DNA of 64,000 nucleotides from an uncultured Candidatus Saccharibacteria bacterium (GTDB lineage: Bacteria > Patescibacteriota > Saccharimonadia > Saccharimonadales > Saccharimonadaceae). Below the pieces are notes generated by a model. That model saw nothing but the letters and a program-made list of their open reading frames with translations. It was not told where the DNA came from and did not search any database. Shown here piece after piece: positions 27,859 through 39,000 of this stretch. The stretch covers positions 5,166-69,165 of the forward strand of contig CAMCBN010000003.1 of the NCBI GenBank assembly GCA_945873065.1, read 5' to 3'. A program made the position numbers and the translations under genes. Each line of letters begins with the position of its first letter. The first letter of the stretch is position 1.

Positions 27859-30006
27859 ATGGATGGGCATCAAACAACTGAGGTCGATACTACTATCCGT
27901 GCAGCTCACGCAATTGTAGCAGCGCGGTATTTTTTGCGTAGCGATTCAATACCTACAGGTGCACCTTTATCAAACGATATCATTCACCCCATCACCAGTG
28001 CCAACAAACGACAACTTGCTAAAGATTTCGCCTTTTCGATAGTGTATGCAAACTTACGACAATACTATACGCACAGTGATCATTCGTTGTACATTACGAC
28101 TGAATCTTCTCATCGTGTAGCGCTAGAAGCGCACGCTTTTCTCGAAGGAGTATTACACCCAACACGCCCTGACACTACTAGTCTCACATGGTTTCACAAG
28201 CAACCACTCGACACACCTCTCGTGTTACCGAACACAGCATCAGTAGGGCATCCAGACACCGGTGGAGCGCTAAGTATCGCATACGGTATGACATTGCACA
28301 ACCCTCAACACTCCGCGATTTGCTTTATCGACGATATGATTGCCGAAACTAGCTCCGAGAATATTGCCTGGCATACCGTATCATATCGATCAAAACCAAC
28401 CGATCATGGTGCTATATTGCCGATCCTAATCCTGAGTGAGAATTCGCCACTGTGGAATATTAATACATACCAGCTTCTTGCGCTATTTATTGGGCGAGGG
28501 TACGAACCACGCCTAGTAGACTGCACAGCCAGTCTTTCATTTACACAGATAAATCAGACTATAGCCAAAGAAATAGCTTGGCTCGACCAAACTGCGACAA
28601 AGTATACCACTTCATCAATATCTAGTCGTAATACACCACGACAGCCACTACTGATCATTAGGCCGCCCGCACAACCTTTTGTAGCCCAATCAGACAAACC
28701 ATCAAATCAGTCAAGTACCAAGCGTACCCTATTAGACAGTTCTGTCGATCAGACTACTATCGAGTATTTAACAAGATTATTCTCGTGGTGTAATAGCCTA
28801 GATTCATCCTACCGGACCGAACCACGCGAAATATCACAGCGATCAGCATGGTATAGCGGCGCATCATCCCAGCACGACGACGCTCAACCATCACGTCAAG
28901 CCTTGACGTTTCCACCGATTGAAGATGTGACCGTTGTAGCTACGCCACCAGGTAGTACTCAAGCCGATACGATCAGTAGCGCATATGCCTATCTACGCGC
29001 CATGCAACAGAATAATGACAGTTCTCAATTTTGCACAATCTACAGCTCAATAACTAACGCCTTACCATTTATCGAAGACACGGCAAAGATCACAGTTCCG
29101 ACTCCGCTACTCTATGGTATAGCTCAAGGATATATAGCATCTGGCAGGCAGCCGTTTTTGCTGACTCACGCACGTGACACGTCGCGCCTTGCGTCTGCTA
29201 TCGGGCAATACCACACTTTGCTGCCATCCGATGGCACAGATTCGACGAAAAACACACCGATCACGAGTTACAATCACCTCATTCACAGTACACCACAGCA
29301 ATCTCTTGATTGTCTAGACGAAATACTAAGCCAACCACACACATCGACGACCATTTACCTTCCAGCCGATGCTAACTGCACTGCAGTCGCTACAACACTG
29401 GCACTGACGAGCCGACGACGATGTAACATTATTTGCGCTGGAGCGGTGAATCAGCCTAGTTGGCTAACTACCAAAGCCGCCCGGGCACAAATGTTAACAG
29501 GTCTGGCTATCTGGAATTTTGCCAGCCACCCTGACCCAAACATTGTGCTGGCTGGGGCAGGTGACACCGCCATGGCTGAGATTATCGCTGCGATAGGCCT
29601 TGTCGCGGCACACTGCTCGAAAGCTCATATTCGCTGTATCAATATCTCAAGCTTCACCCCGACCAACTTTGGTACTGCTCAGCGTCAAATACCCCAGCGG
29701 GTATTTAACCGCATCTTCACCAAAGATAAACCAGTCATCATTAATTTCATTGGAAGACCTTATATCATGTCAGCATTGCTCAGTCAATATGCCGTAGATC
29801 CACATCGTGTAATCATCCATGGTCACACGGTAGCTATGCCGCACGCCACTGTGCAAACCACCTTACGCAACAACCATACTAGCCGATATGATATAGCTAC
29901 TTCGACCATCGCTAAGTTGAAACAAAACGGTGTCATATCAGCCGAAGAAGCACAGCACGCTACACTTGCTATTAACAAAATACAGGATAGATCCTCACGT
30001 CAATAG
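27859..30006 (+). CDS. Phosphoketolase (Xfp)-like protein with degenerate active-site motifs
   Basis: GALSIAYG, AWH, GAILPILIL, GYEP, IYLPADAN, VLAGAGD, FTKDKPVI retained; GHWGT, HEGGELG, GDGE, NGYKI absent; alternative GTG start 27841. Confidence 0.75.
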   Translation: MDGHQTTEVDTTIRAAHAIVAARYFLRSDSIPTGAPLSNDIIHPITSANKRQLAKDFAFSIVYANLRQYYTHSDHSLYITTESSHRVALEAHAFLEGVLHPTRPDTTSLTWFHKQPLDTPLVLPNTASVGHPDTGGALSIAYGMTLHNPQHSAICFIDDMIAETSSENIAWHTVSYRSKPTDHGAILPILILSENSPLWNINTYQLLALFIGRGYEPRLVDCTASLSFTQINQTIAKEIAWLDQTATKYTTSSISSRNTPRQPLLIIRPPAQPFVAQSDKPSNQSSTKRTLLDSSVDQTTIEYLTRLFSWCNSLDSSYRTEPREISQRSAWYSGASSQHDDAQPSRQALTFPPIEDVTVVATPPGSTQADTISSAYAYLRAMQQNNDSSQFCTIYSSITNALPFIEDTAKITVPTPLLYGIAQGYIASGRQPFLLTHARDTSRLASAIGQYHTLLPSDGTDSTKNTPITSYNHLIHSTPQQSLDCLDEILSQPHTSTTIYLPADANCTAVATTLALTSRRRCNIICAGAVNQPSWLTTKAARAQMLTGLAIWNFASHPDPNIVLAGAGDTAMAEIIAAIGLVAAHCSKAHIRCINISSFTPTNFGTAQRQIPQRVFNRIFTKDKPVIINFIGRPYIMSALLSQYAVDPHRVIIHGHTVAMPHATVQTTLRNNHTSRYDIATSTIAKLKQNGVISAEEAQHATLAINKIQDRSSRQ

Positions 30007-30054
30007 CAGCATATCATTTGAATGCAGCCTCTGCTATGCAGTATACTCATTGAT

Positions 30055-31530
30055 ATGAAACAACCTCAATTTGTAACATTGAAATTAGAAAAAATCGTTG
30101 GCGGCGGCCAAGCTATCGGTACGCTCGAAGACGGGCGCAAATGTTTTGTATGGGGCGGCCTGCCGGGCGAGACGGTAACAGTGCGCATTACCAAAAAGAA
30201 GTCGCGTTTCGTTGAGGGCGTAGTGGCGAAAGTTTTGGCTCCATCGCCCGAACGGATAGAGCCTCGCGACCCTGATAGTTATCTTTCAACCAGCCCTTGG
30301 CAGATTATGAGTTTCGACGCCGAACAACGGCATAAAGCTGCGCTGATCAAAGAAGCATTTGAGCTGCATAAGCTCGCTTTGCCGAATCCGATCGAAGTCT
30401 TTACCGACAGGCGAGAATTTCAATATCGCAACAAGGTTGAATTTAGCTGGTATAGCGACACGGTCAGTCTCGAGCCGCCTCATCCTCAGGACGATCTAGG
30501 TCAAAGCAGAGCTGTCCCGACAGATGATAGTGGTAAAAAGACGACGGACGACGCACGAGACACCCTCGACCTGGCATTCTTTCGCCGCGGCTCTAAAGGC
30601 AAGATCGTCGTGAACGGCACATCGCTGGCACACCCCGAAATTAACACTTTAGCCCGCACCATCCGCGACCTCCTGCGCACTAAGCCCGTCTCTGCCCGCA
30701 ACCTCAAAACTCTCCTCATCCGCTCAGATAAGCAAGGAAACTGCGTCTGGCAATTATATCTCAAAGATGAGCTGCTCGACCTCGTCACCCCCGATGAAGC
30801 CGCTGCGCTACCAGCCCAAGGCGGGGAAATTATTTATTCTGACCCCAAAAGCCCCGCCAGCCGCGTCACCAAGCGCCTGACTGCCTTCGGCGACACCACC
30901 CTCGCTGACACCATCCTCGGCGTCCCATTCCGCTACGCTTGTGAAGGCTTTTTTCAAGTTAACGTACCTGTGTACGAGCAAGCGCTGCGCGATATGAAGG
31001 AGTGGGTCAACGGCTCAAGTTTTGAATCGTCTCATTCTCAAAACAATCCGGAGCGAAGCGGAGCTGTTCTGATGAATGACGATAACACAGAGGCGGCGAA
31101 TAAGCAGGGAACATTAGACCTCTACTCCGGCGTCGGTACCATCGGCCTAACTATCGGCGGCTCGCACGTCACCCTCGTCGAAAGCAACGAACATGCTGTC
31201 AATGAAATGAAACGCAACATCGCCCAGCTTGGCCGCGAAAACACTGCCCGCGCCGTCCTGGCGCCCAGTGAAAAAGCCCTCGGCTATATCACCAGCGACC
31301 AGTTGGTCATCGTCGACCCGCCGCGCGCCGGCCTGCACGCCGATGTCATCGCCAAACTCCTCGAAGCAGCCCCGCCGCGCATCATCTATCTCAGTTGCAA
31401 CCCTGTTACCCAAGCCCGCGACGCCGCCCTCCTGGCCGCCAAATATTTCATCCGCGCTCACCGCGGCTACAATTTTTTCCCGCGCACACCGCACATCGAA
31501 CACCTCGTCGTGTTAGATAGAAAAATGTGA
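30055..31530 (+). CDS. TRAM-domain RNA (uracil-5)-methyltransferase, RlmD/RumA-like, with two in-frame insertions
   Basis: GGLPGETV TRAM, YRNKVEF, FFQVN, LDLYSGVGTIG, VDPPRAG, YLSCNP, FFPRTPHIE. Confidence 0.92.
   Translation: MKQPQFVTLKLEKIVGGGQAIGTLEDGRKCFVWGGLPGETVTVRITKKKSRFVEGVVAKVLAPSPERIEPRDPDSYLSTSPWQIMSFDAEQRHKAALIKEAFELHKLALPNPIEVFTDRREFQYRNKVEFSWYSDTVSLEPPHPQDDLGQSRAVPTDDSGKKTTDDARDTLDLAFFRRGSKGKIVVNGTSLAHPEINTLARTIRDLLRTKPVSARNLKTLLIRSDKQGNCVWQLYLKDELLDLVTPDEAAALPAQGGEIIYSDPKSPASRVTKRLTAFGDTTLADTILGVPFRYACEGFFQVNVPVYEQALRDMKEWVNGSSFESSHSQNNPERSGAVLMNDDNTEAANKQGTLDLYSGVGTIGLTIGGSHVTLVESNEHAVNEMKRNIAQLGRENTARAVLAPSEKALGYITSDQLVIVDPPRAGLHADVIAKLLEAAPPRIIYLSCNPVTQARDAALLAAKYFIRAHRGYNFFPRTPHIEHLVVLDRKM
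30474..30549 (+). repeat. In-frame palindromic element, copy 1
   Basis: Ungapped 46/76 identity to 31026-31101 with 28 of 30 differences being transitions; imperfect hairpin. Confidence 0.85.
31026..31101 (+). repeat. In-frame palindromic element, copy 2 (GCGAAGC apex)
   Basis: Homolog of 30474-30549 in the same frame (offset 552 nt); hairpin centred on GCGAAGC 31053-31059. Confidence 0.85.
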
Positions 31531-31543
31531 ACTACTCACAAAC

Positions 31544-33034
31544 CTACCGTCCATAATACACCTGTCCGGGAACTGTATTACCCAGTAGCATATCGATCGT
31601 TACGAAACCATACCCTTGTCGGCTCAGTGCATCCAAGATACACGGGATAGCATTGACAGATGTAACATGAATATCATGTAGAAGAATAATAGCTCCGGGA
31701 CGAGCGTTCGCTACAGCGCGACTGCAGACGATCGAGCTATTGCGATCTGCCCAATCACGAGTATCTACCGACCACAAAACCGACGACATACCGAGCCTTC
31801 CCAGCTCAGTGTTAACCGTTTGGCTGGTGGCACCATACGGTGGGCGAACGATCTTCGGGGTATATCCTATAGCACGCTGAATCGCAGCATTAGTATCGCC
31901 GATCTCTTGGCGAATACCAGCCAAACTTAGCCTGGTGAGGCTTGGGTGACTCCAAGTGTGGTTGCCGATCTGATGACCGCTAGTTTGCATTCGCCGCAAT
32001 ACACCAGCCTGCGCATCGACTTTGCTACCGATCACAAAAAAGGTAGCCTTCGCACCACGCTGGTCGAGTATATCAAGTAGTCGCATAGTGTGCGCCCCCG
32101 GCCCATCGTCGAAAGTGATCGCGACACATCGCCCGCCTGGACAACTGGCACCAGTCCGGGGGGCTGGGGTAATCGGTGTAGATGGCACCGGTACTGGTTT
32201 TGGTTTTGGCGGATCAGGTACAGTGAATAAACTTTTAGCGAGCGGATTTTGCAACTCTGCGACGAGTTCATTGACAGATACCGAGAGCTCTATTTCACCC
32301 TGCGATGATGCTAATACCATGCCTTGTCCAAATGGCCATCCTATAGTCGTAGAGCTATTGACGACAAAGTTTTGCAACACTGTTTCATCGATACTATCAT
32401 CGACCGCAGCATCAGGCTTTTCGACTTCAGCTAACGCTTTTTTAGCAGATTTTTGAGCAAGCGCTAAAACTTTCGCCACGCTAGCATCCGAGCCACCGAC
32501 TAGCTCACGGAGTGTAATAGGTTTACCGCTCTTTTTATCAAAGGTCCAAAAGTAACGCAACGAGGCCGGGTGAGCTCCGTGGGTATTTTGCTTGATCGAG
32601 ATGATGAGCGATAGATGTTGAGCTGAATTGTAGGACACCTGGTAACCGATAGTTTCTGTCATTGGCTCGGAAATGCTGCTGCCAGCCTTGACAGCCTGTG
32701 TGAAATCTTCATCTGCTTGATCGATGGTTTTGCTAGCGAGCATATCGATCGACTTGATACCAGTGATCGGATATTCTATGGAAACCTTTTGCTTGGTAGA
32801 ATTGCGCGTGACAAACTTCGAGCGTATACCTTGGTATTTTGAATCAGCAAAATAATATCGTTCATCAGATGGGTTAGTCGGCGATTCAGTCGAACGTGAT
32901 GGTGGTGAAGGCGGTTTCTTCCACAGACTCAAGACGAAAAAAGAAATAACTACTATGATAGCGAGACCAGCGAAAATAGCAAGTCGTCGGTGCGATACCG
33001 AGTAGAGACGCCGTTTAGAGGATGATGCTTTCAT
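31544..33034 (-). CDS. Membrane-anchored polysaccharide/peptidoglycan deacetylase (CE4, PdaC/PgdA-like architecture)
   Basis: N-terminal TM, Pro-rich linker, TFDDGP, GNHTWSHP, RPPYG, WSVDTRDW, ILLHD. Confidence 0.92.
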   Translation of the reverse strand: MKASSSKRRLYSVSHRRLAIFAGLAIIVVISFFVLSLWKKPPSPPSRSTESPTNPSDERYYFADSKYQGIRSKFVTRNSTKQKVSIEYPITGIKSIDMLASKTIDQADEDFTQAVKAGSSISEPMTETIGYQVSYNSAQHLSLIISIKQNTHGAHPASLRYFWTFDKKSGKPITLRELVGGSDASVAKVLALAQKSAKKALAEVEKPDAAVDDSIDETVLQNFVVNSSTTIGWPFGQGMVLASSQGEIELSVSVNELVAELQNPLAKSLFTVPDPPKPKPVPVPSTPITPAPRTGASCPGGRCVAITFDDGPGAHTMRLLDILDQRGAKATFFVIGSKVDAQAGVLRRMQTSGHQIGNHTWSHPSLTRLSLAGIRQEIGDTNAAIQRAIGYTPKIVRPPYGATSQTVNTELGRLGMSSVLWSVDTRDWADRNSSIVCSRAVANARPGAIILLHDIHVTSVNAIPCILDALSRQGYGFVTIDMLLGNTVPGQVYYGR

Positions 33035-33122
33035 GGCTAAATTATACCATAAGCATAATTGTCAACGTAAACAATATCGATATCGACACCACGAGAAGGG
33101 AAGAGGGTTCTACCTTGAGAGG

Positions 33123-35489
33123 CTACGAGTTTTTATGCTGGTAGCGTCTACCGACCCATGTCGCATACATCCACTGAGCTACTGCCACCAACACGAGCAC
33201 TATTATCACCGGCCACAACGCCGACAAATCTGGCGTAGTAAAATCAAAGAAACCGCGCAACGGTGTTACCACAAAACTCATCGCTACCACCAGCATCACA
33301 GCCGCTACATATAATGACCGACCAAACAGCGCGTGTTTATCTAGAGCTACACCAAACATTCGTCCCGCCAAAAAAACTACATATACACCGAAAAATGTCG
33401 CTACTAATACTGTCATAGTGGATACCATCGCTGAGTGGCCTGGTTGAGCCTGGCTCATCATCCAATACGACAGGCTGACTGCCAACCCTGACACTACAGC
33501 AATCGGCGCAACCGCCAACAGAGTGTCATGCCAGAAGCGCTGTGGATTGATCCGATGGCGTGGTGTAGGTGCAAATAATGTCCACATAATAGTCGGCATC
33601 GTCACCAAGAAAATATTCATAAACGTTAGATGGCGTGGTGCATATGGGTAGACCATCCCCAAGGCTAGTGTGACCGATAATAGCACTACACCATAAATGA
33701 TCTTATGAAAAAACAGCACACCTATCAGTTCGATAGCTTGCATAATGCGATTACCCAAACTCATACCGATCGGCAAAGAGGTAAATGAGTTATTCAGCAA
33801 AATGACATCAGCTACACGCCGACTAGCTGGTGCGCCATCATACATCGCTACGCCAAGGTCTGCTTTCTTCAGCGCCAGTGCATCGTTGACACCGTCACCG
33901 ACCATCCCTGTGAAAGCCTGTTGTGAAAAGTGGGTGATCAAACGCTCTTTTTGCTCAGGCAAAACACGCGCAAATATAGTATGCGTATCAGCGGCAGTAG
34001 CAAAATCTGCGTCGCTCAGTTTGGCCAGTTCAGCGCCAGTGATAGCCTGGTCTGGATTGTGTATACCAGCTTCGCTCGCGATATATTGTACTGTACGTGG
34101 ATTATCACCACTGATAACGCGGATGGTAACACCTTGTTGTTGCAAAAAATCTACCGTATCTACTACGCCATGGCGCAGACTATTACGCAAAACGACCAAC
34201 CCCAATAACCGGCTAGAAGCATTTTGGAGCTGCTTGAGTGGGCTAGTGATATCATCGGATTCTGCCAGTAGTAACACTCGCAGGCCAGAATCAGCTAATT
34301 CGTCTACCTGTGTCTGCTGCTCAACAGATAGTGGCGTGATCTGACGAGCGACAAATTCTGGCGCACCTAGTATTAATGTACGCTTAGTATCACCGATACG
34401 CGCTCTCACCATCGCCATCTTACGACTAGACGAAAACGCCATTACGTCTAACACCTGCACCCCAGTCGGTGGTTGAGCCGCCGCCAAGATGGCCCGACCA
34501 GTTATATTATTACCGCTAGTTTCACGCGCTACCAGCGCCGCCAAATTCGCTACATTCACCAGTGCTAGCGTCAAATCGGGGTCTACTGGCTGGATATCGC
34601 CACGCCCCTCGGGGCTGCCCACATTACCAAAGGAAATAGCCCGCTCAAATGTTACCTCATCGCTAGTCAATGTACCAGTCTTGTCGACACATAGTACCCC
34701 CAACAACGCCATCGCTTCAATCGCCGAAAGTTTTTGTGGCAAAACCTTCGCCTGGGCCAATCGCAACGAACCAAACGCTAGAAGTAGTGAACTAGCCAAC
34801 AATAGCCCTTCTGGCACTACTGTTATCGCTGCAGTAATGATCGTCTTGAGAATGCTCACCGCCTGCAGCCCTGCGAAGGAGTAGCGAGCAAATATCAATA
34901 TTGCCAATGCCACTGCACCGTAGGTGAGTACCGTTATCGCCTGCTGAATGGCTCGTTGCAGTGGCGTTAGCTGCGGTGTATACCGTTGCAGCACCCGACT
35001 AATCGCACCCGCCTTGGTATCGTCGCCTAATGCCACGACACGCGCTCGCCCAGACCCAGCCACTACTGTAGTAGCGGCATAGATTGTATCACCACGATTT
35101 TTATCGACAGCTGCTGATTCGCCAGTGAGCATACTCTCGTTGACTTCTAGACCCTGCGACGATGACACTATCGCATCAGCTGGTAACTCATCGCCCGCTT
35201 GAATGATGATTTCATCATCCAGATGCAGATCGTCGTACAACACTTCGATCGTCTGTCCATCACGCTCTACTCGAGCTCGTGGCGCGCTCATGAGTTCTAG
35301 CTTGCGCAAGGCATATTTAGCACGAATCTCCTGAATGGCTCCGATCAACGAATTAATAACAATCACCACCGAAATAAACCACGCATCACGATATTCACGC
35401 ACATACAGCAACGCCATCGCCAATAGCAAAATCGCCAATGTGATCGGCGAAATAAAATTACGGCGAATAATCGCTAAATAATCACGCAT
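33123..35489 (-). CDS. P-type cation-transporting ATPase (CtpE-like)
   Basis: TGES, VPEGL, DKTGTLT, GAPE, ISGDN, GDGVNDALAL. Confidence 0.93.
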   Translation of the reverse strand: MRDYLAIIRRNFISPITLAILLLAMALLYVREYRDAWFISVVIVINSLIGAIQEIRAKYALRKLELMSAPRARVERDGQTIEVLYDDLHLDDEIIIQAGDELPADAIVSSSQGLEVNESMLTGESAAVDKNRGDTIYAATTVVAGSGRARVVALGDDTKAGAISRVLQRYTPQLTPLQRAIQQAITVLTYGAVALAILIFARYSFAGLQAVSILKTIITAAITVVPEGLLLASSLLLAFGSLRLAQAKVLPQKLSAIEAMALLGVLCVDKTGTLTSDEVTFERAISFGNVGSPEGRGDIQPVDPDLTLALVNVANLAALVARETSGNNITGRAILAAAQPPTGVQVLDVMAFSSSRKMAMVRARIGDTKRTLILGAPEFVARQITPLSVEQQTQVDELADSGLRVLLLAESDDITSPLKQLQNASSRLLGLVVLRNSLRHGVVDTVDFLQQQGVTIRVISGDNPRTVQYIASEAGIHNPDQAITGAELAKLSDADFATAADTHTIFARVLPEQKERLITHFSQQAFTGMVGDGVNDALALKKADLGVAMYDGAPASRRVADVILLNNSFTSLPIGMSLGNRIMQAIELIGVLFFHKIIYGVVLLSVTLALGMVYPYAPRHLTFMNIFLVTMPTIMWTLFAPTPRHRINPQRFWHDTLLAVAPIAVVSGLAVSLSYWMMSQAQPGHSAMVSTMTVLVATFFGVYVVFLAGRMFGVALDKHALFGRSLYVAAVMLVVAMSFVVTPLRGFFDFTTPDLSALWPVIIVLVLVAVAQWMYATWVGRRYQHKNS

Positions 35490-35979
35490 CAGCCACCTCC
35501 ACTTGATGATAATTACATTTTGCGGCTACCCGCCAACCGCTACGTGAGTCGCTATCAGCTTGGTAAATATAGCCATCTTTTACCTCAGATATCCGCACCA
35601 AGGCTGGACTGTATGGTGCCAAAGTGCGATAAAATACTATATCACGATCGGTCACCCGACTAAACCCAGGAAACATCTTTTTGAACTTTTGCCGGCCAAA
35701 CTCATCGAAATAATCGGGCTGACCTTTTGGCGGGAAGAACTTTGCTGGACGTAACCCGATACGCGTGACAAGCTTTTTCACATCGCTCAGTAATAATCGT
35801 GATGGACCATAAATACAACAATACAACTGCCCATCATCCGCAAAAAACACTGTTGCTCGTGCTGACAATCCAGCCGCAATATTATGGGCGACCATCTTAT
35901 CGATCGTCAACTGCACCCCGAAGCGTACCATCAGCAAACGCTGCATCCGTACTGTGTCGAAATTACCAGAGATATCCAT
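35482..35979 (-). CDS. Hypothetical protein
   Basis: 165-aa ORF, TATACT 6 nt before ATG, overlaps next gene start. Confidence 0.75.
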   Translation of the reverse strand: MDISGNFDTVRMQRLLMVRFGVQLTIDKMVAHNIAAGLSARATVFFADDGQLYCCIYGPSRLLLSDVKKLVTRIGLRPAKFFPPKGQPDYFDEFGRQKFKKMFPGFSRVTDRDIVFYRTLAPYSPALVRISEVKDGYIYQADSDSRSGWRVAAKCNYHQVEVADA

Positions 35980-36043
35980 ACAACAAGTATAACAAAGTCA
36001 CGAGAGGACGGCGAGAGAAGGTAGTGTGAGTTATACTGGAGGT

Positions 36044-39000
36044 ATGACTGATTTTTCTACTCGCTATTCGCACCTCAATACTCACCAGCGCCAAGCTGTA
36101 GATGACATCGATGGGCCGCTGCTTGTTATCGCTGGACCAGGCACTGGCAAGACTGAATTGCTGAGTATGCGCACCGCTAACATCCTCCGTCAGACTGATA
36201 CGCTACCCGAAAATATTCTCTGTCTTACTTTCACCGAAAGTGGTGCGATGGCTATGCGTCAACGGTTGCGTAGTATTATCGGAGCAGATGCTTACCGCGT
36301 AGCAATACATACTTTTCATAGTTTTGGTAGCGAAGTTATCAACCAATATCGCGAATATTTTTATCATGGCGCCCAAGTAGAGCCGATCGACGAGCTAGGT
36401 ACGTTAGCTATTTTAGATGATATCTTTCAACAACTCGATCATCGTAATCCACTCAGCAGTAAACAAGGCGAGAAATACACCTATCTGCGCGATACTAGCC
36501 GTAGCATTAGCGAACTCAAGCAGGCCGGTCTCAGCCGCAAAGAATTACTGCGCGTCATAGAGGCAGACGAAGCTTTGCTGGATGAAGTAGAGCCAGCTCT
36601 GACGGAGGTTTTCGCCAATCGCATCACTAAACAAATAGCCGGCAAGCTAGCCCCAATAGCCGGTCAGGCTGCACAGCTATCCTTGCCAAGCCTACCGCCA
36701 GCCATCCCGCCACTGGCTGATAGCTTTTCGCTCAGCCTAGCGCGAGCGATCGACGAGTCGCTAGCTAGCGACAAGACCACGCCGATCACCGCTTGGCGTA
36801 ATCATTGGCTTGAAAAAAACAACACTGGCGATTACATAATGAAGGACCGCAAGCGCCTAGCGAAGCTGCGCGCCCTTGCCGATATTTACCAATCTTACTT
36901 AGACATATTGACCGAAAATTGCCTAATCGATTACGATGATATGATCTTCGAGCTAGTCCAAGCTATGCAGTCTCAGCCCGAACTACGCTACAATTTACAA
37001 GAGCGCTATCAATACATCATGGTGGATGAGTTTCAAGACACTAATCTAGCTCAGTTACGCATCCTTTTCGCCCTGACTGATAATCCAGTCCATGAAGGCA
37101 AGCCAAATATAATGGCAGTCGGCGATGACGATCAAGCGATTTATAGTTTTCAAGGAGCCGATGTAGGTAATATTCATCGTTTCCGCCAGCAATATCGCCA
37201 AGTCAAACTGATAGCATTGACGGACAATTATCGCTCTAGCCCAGCGATCTTGGCGGCAGCTCGCTCGGTCATTACTCAGGGCAGTGACCGGCTCGAAGCG
37301 GTAGTAAACGAGCTAGATAAAACTCTATCGGCTCATCATATGCCCGAGTACAGCACGGTACAGCTACACCAGCTACCTAGCACTATCGCCGAACGACACT
37401 GGCTAGTTCAGCAAATTCGCCAACAAATTAGCAGTGGTATACCAGCTGAAGATATTGCTGTCATCGCCAGACGACACAGCGAGCTGACAGCGTTAGTGCC
37501 ATACCTACAGGCAGCGGACATCAAGGTCAACTACGAGCGACGCAATAATATCCTGGATCTACCGATCATTCGACTCATCGATCTCATCATGAGGCTACTT
37601 TGTGCCATCGCTGATGGTGATATAGGATTAGTCGACAGTTTATTGCCTCAATTGCTAGCCCAACCAGCCCTAGGTTTTGATAGCCAAGATGTCTGGAAAC
37701 TCAGCTTGCGAGCATGGCGCAATCATCAGAGTTGGACAGAGGCAATGATGGCGACAACTACCTTCCGTCCACTGATCATCTGGCTAATTGAGCTAGCTCA
37801 GCAATCACAAACTACGCCTTTCGAGCTCATCATTGACCGCATTATCGGTGCACCCGAACAGCCCACTGACGATGCGCACCAAGCAAACCAACCAGTTGAC
37901 AGTGAGCCATTGTATGTTTCACCTATTTACCAATATTATTTCTCGCCAGAGAAGATCCAGCAAAAACCCGACAGCTACATCACCCACTTAGAGGCATTGC
38001 GCACATTCCGCCAACACCTAGTCGACAACATTGGTAGCTGGTCGTTTTTTAGCCTACGTGAAGCATTAAGTTTTCTCGATATGCATTATGGATTCAATCT
38101 ACCGATCACCAGTATCCAGCTGCGAGCCGAGACCAACCGCGACCACATCAACCTAATGACCGCCCACAAAGCCAAAGGCTTAGAATTTCCACATGTTTAC
38201 ATCTGTGGTGCCACCGACAACGCCTGGGGGCGCACCGTACGATCACCGCAGCGTGTCATAAACTACCCCGATAACTTAACCATCGCGCCAGCAGGCTCTA
38301 GCTACGACGAACGCCTACGACTATTCTTCGTCGCCATGACTCGCGCCAAGGACACACTACATATTAGCTATAGTCAACAAAATGACGCTGGGCGAGCTAC
38401 TTTGCCAGCTAGTTTTCTTGAAGCGACAGAGCTATCAGCCGAGATAGTAGACAGCAATGATTCCATAGCCAGTATCAGCCAACAACTTACCACCGACTGG
38501 CGTGGACACTTCGCCGAATCAAATTCACCAGAGTTACGGCAACTACTCCAACCGCTACTTGAACAGTATAAATTATCCGCTACCGACCTAACCACCTTCC
38601 TCGACGTGGTCCACGGCGGGCCAACGACTTTTTTGGTCAATAATCTGCTACACTTTCCACGCGAGCGTAGCGCTTACGCTCTATACGGTACCACCATTCA
38701 CCACGTGTTACAGAGGGCACATTCACACCTTTCTGCCACCGGCAACACTCGCCCCACCGAGGACATATTGGGTGATTTTCAATACGAAATGCAACGACAG
38801 CCGCTTGATGATAATAAACGTGCTTATTTCACGAAGAAGGGGCTAGATTCACTCAGCGTCTTTTTGCAGCAACAAAGCGATACTTTTCGTCCCGATCAAA
38901 AAACCGAGCTATCCTTTGCGAGCCAGGGTGTTGTCTTGAGCGAAGTGCGGCTAACTGGTACACTCGACCTTGTTGACATTGACTCTAACAGAGGTACTAT

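Noticed and set aside
34570-34640. Possible palindromic insertion in the second P-type ATPase (GNVGSPEGRGDIQPVDPD)
   Set aside because: Only a 4-bp hairpin and short matches to the ABC-F insert; this region is naturally variable in P-type ATPases.
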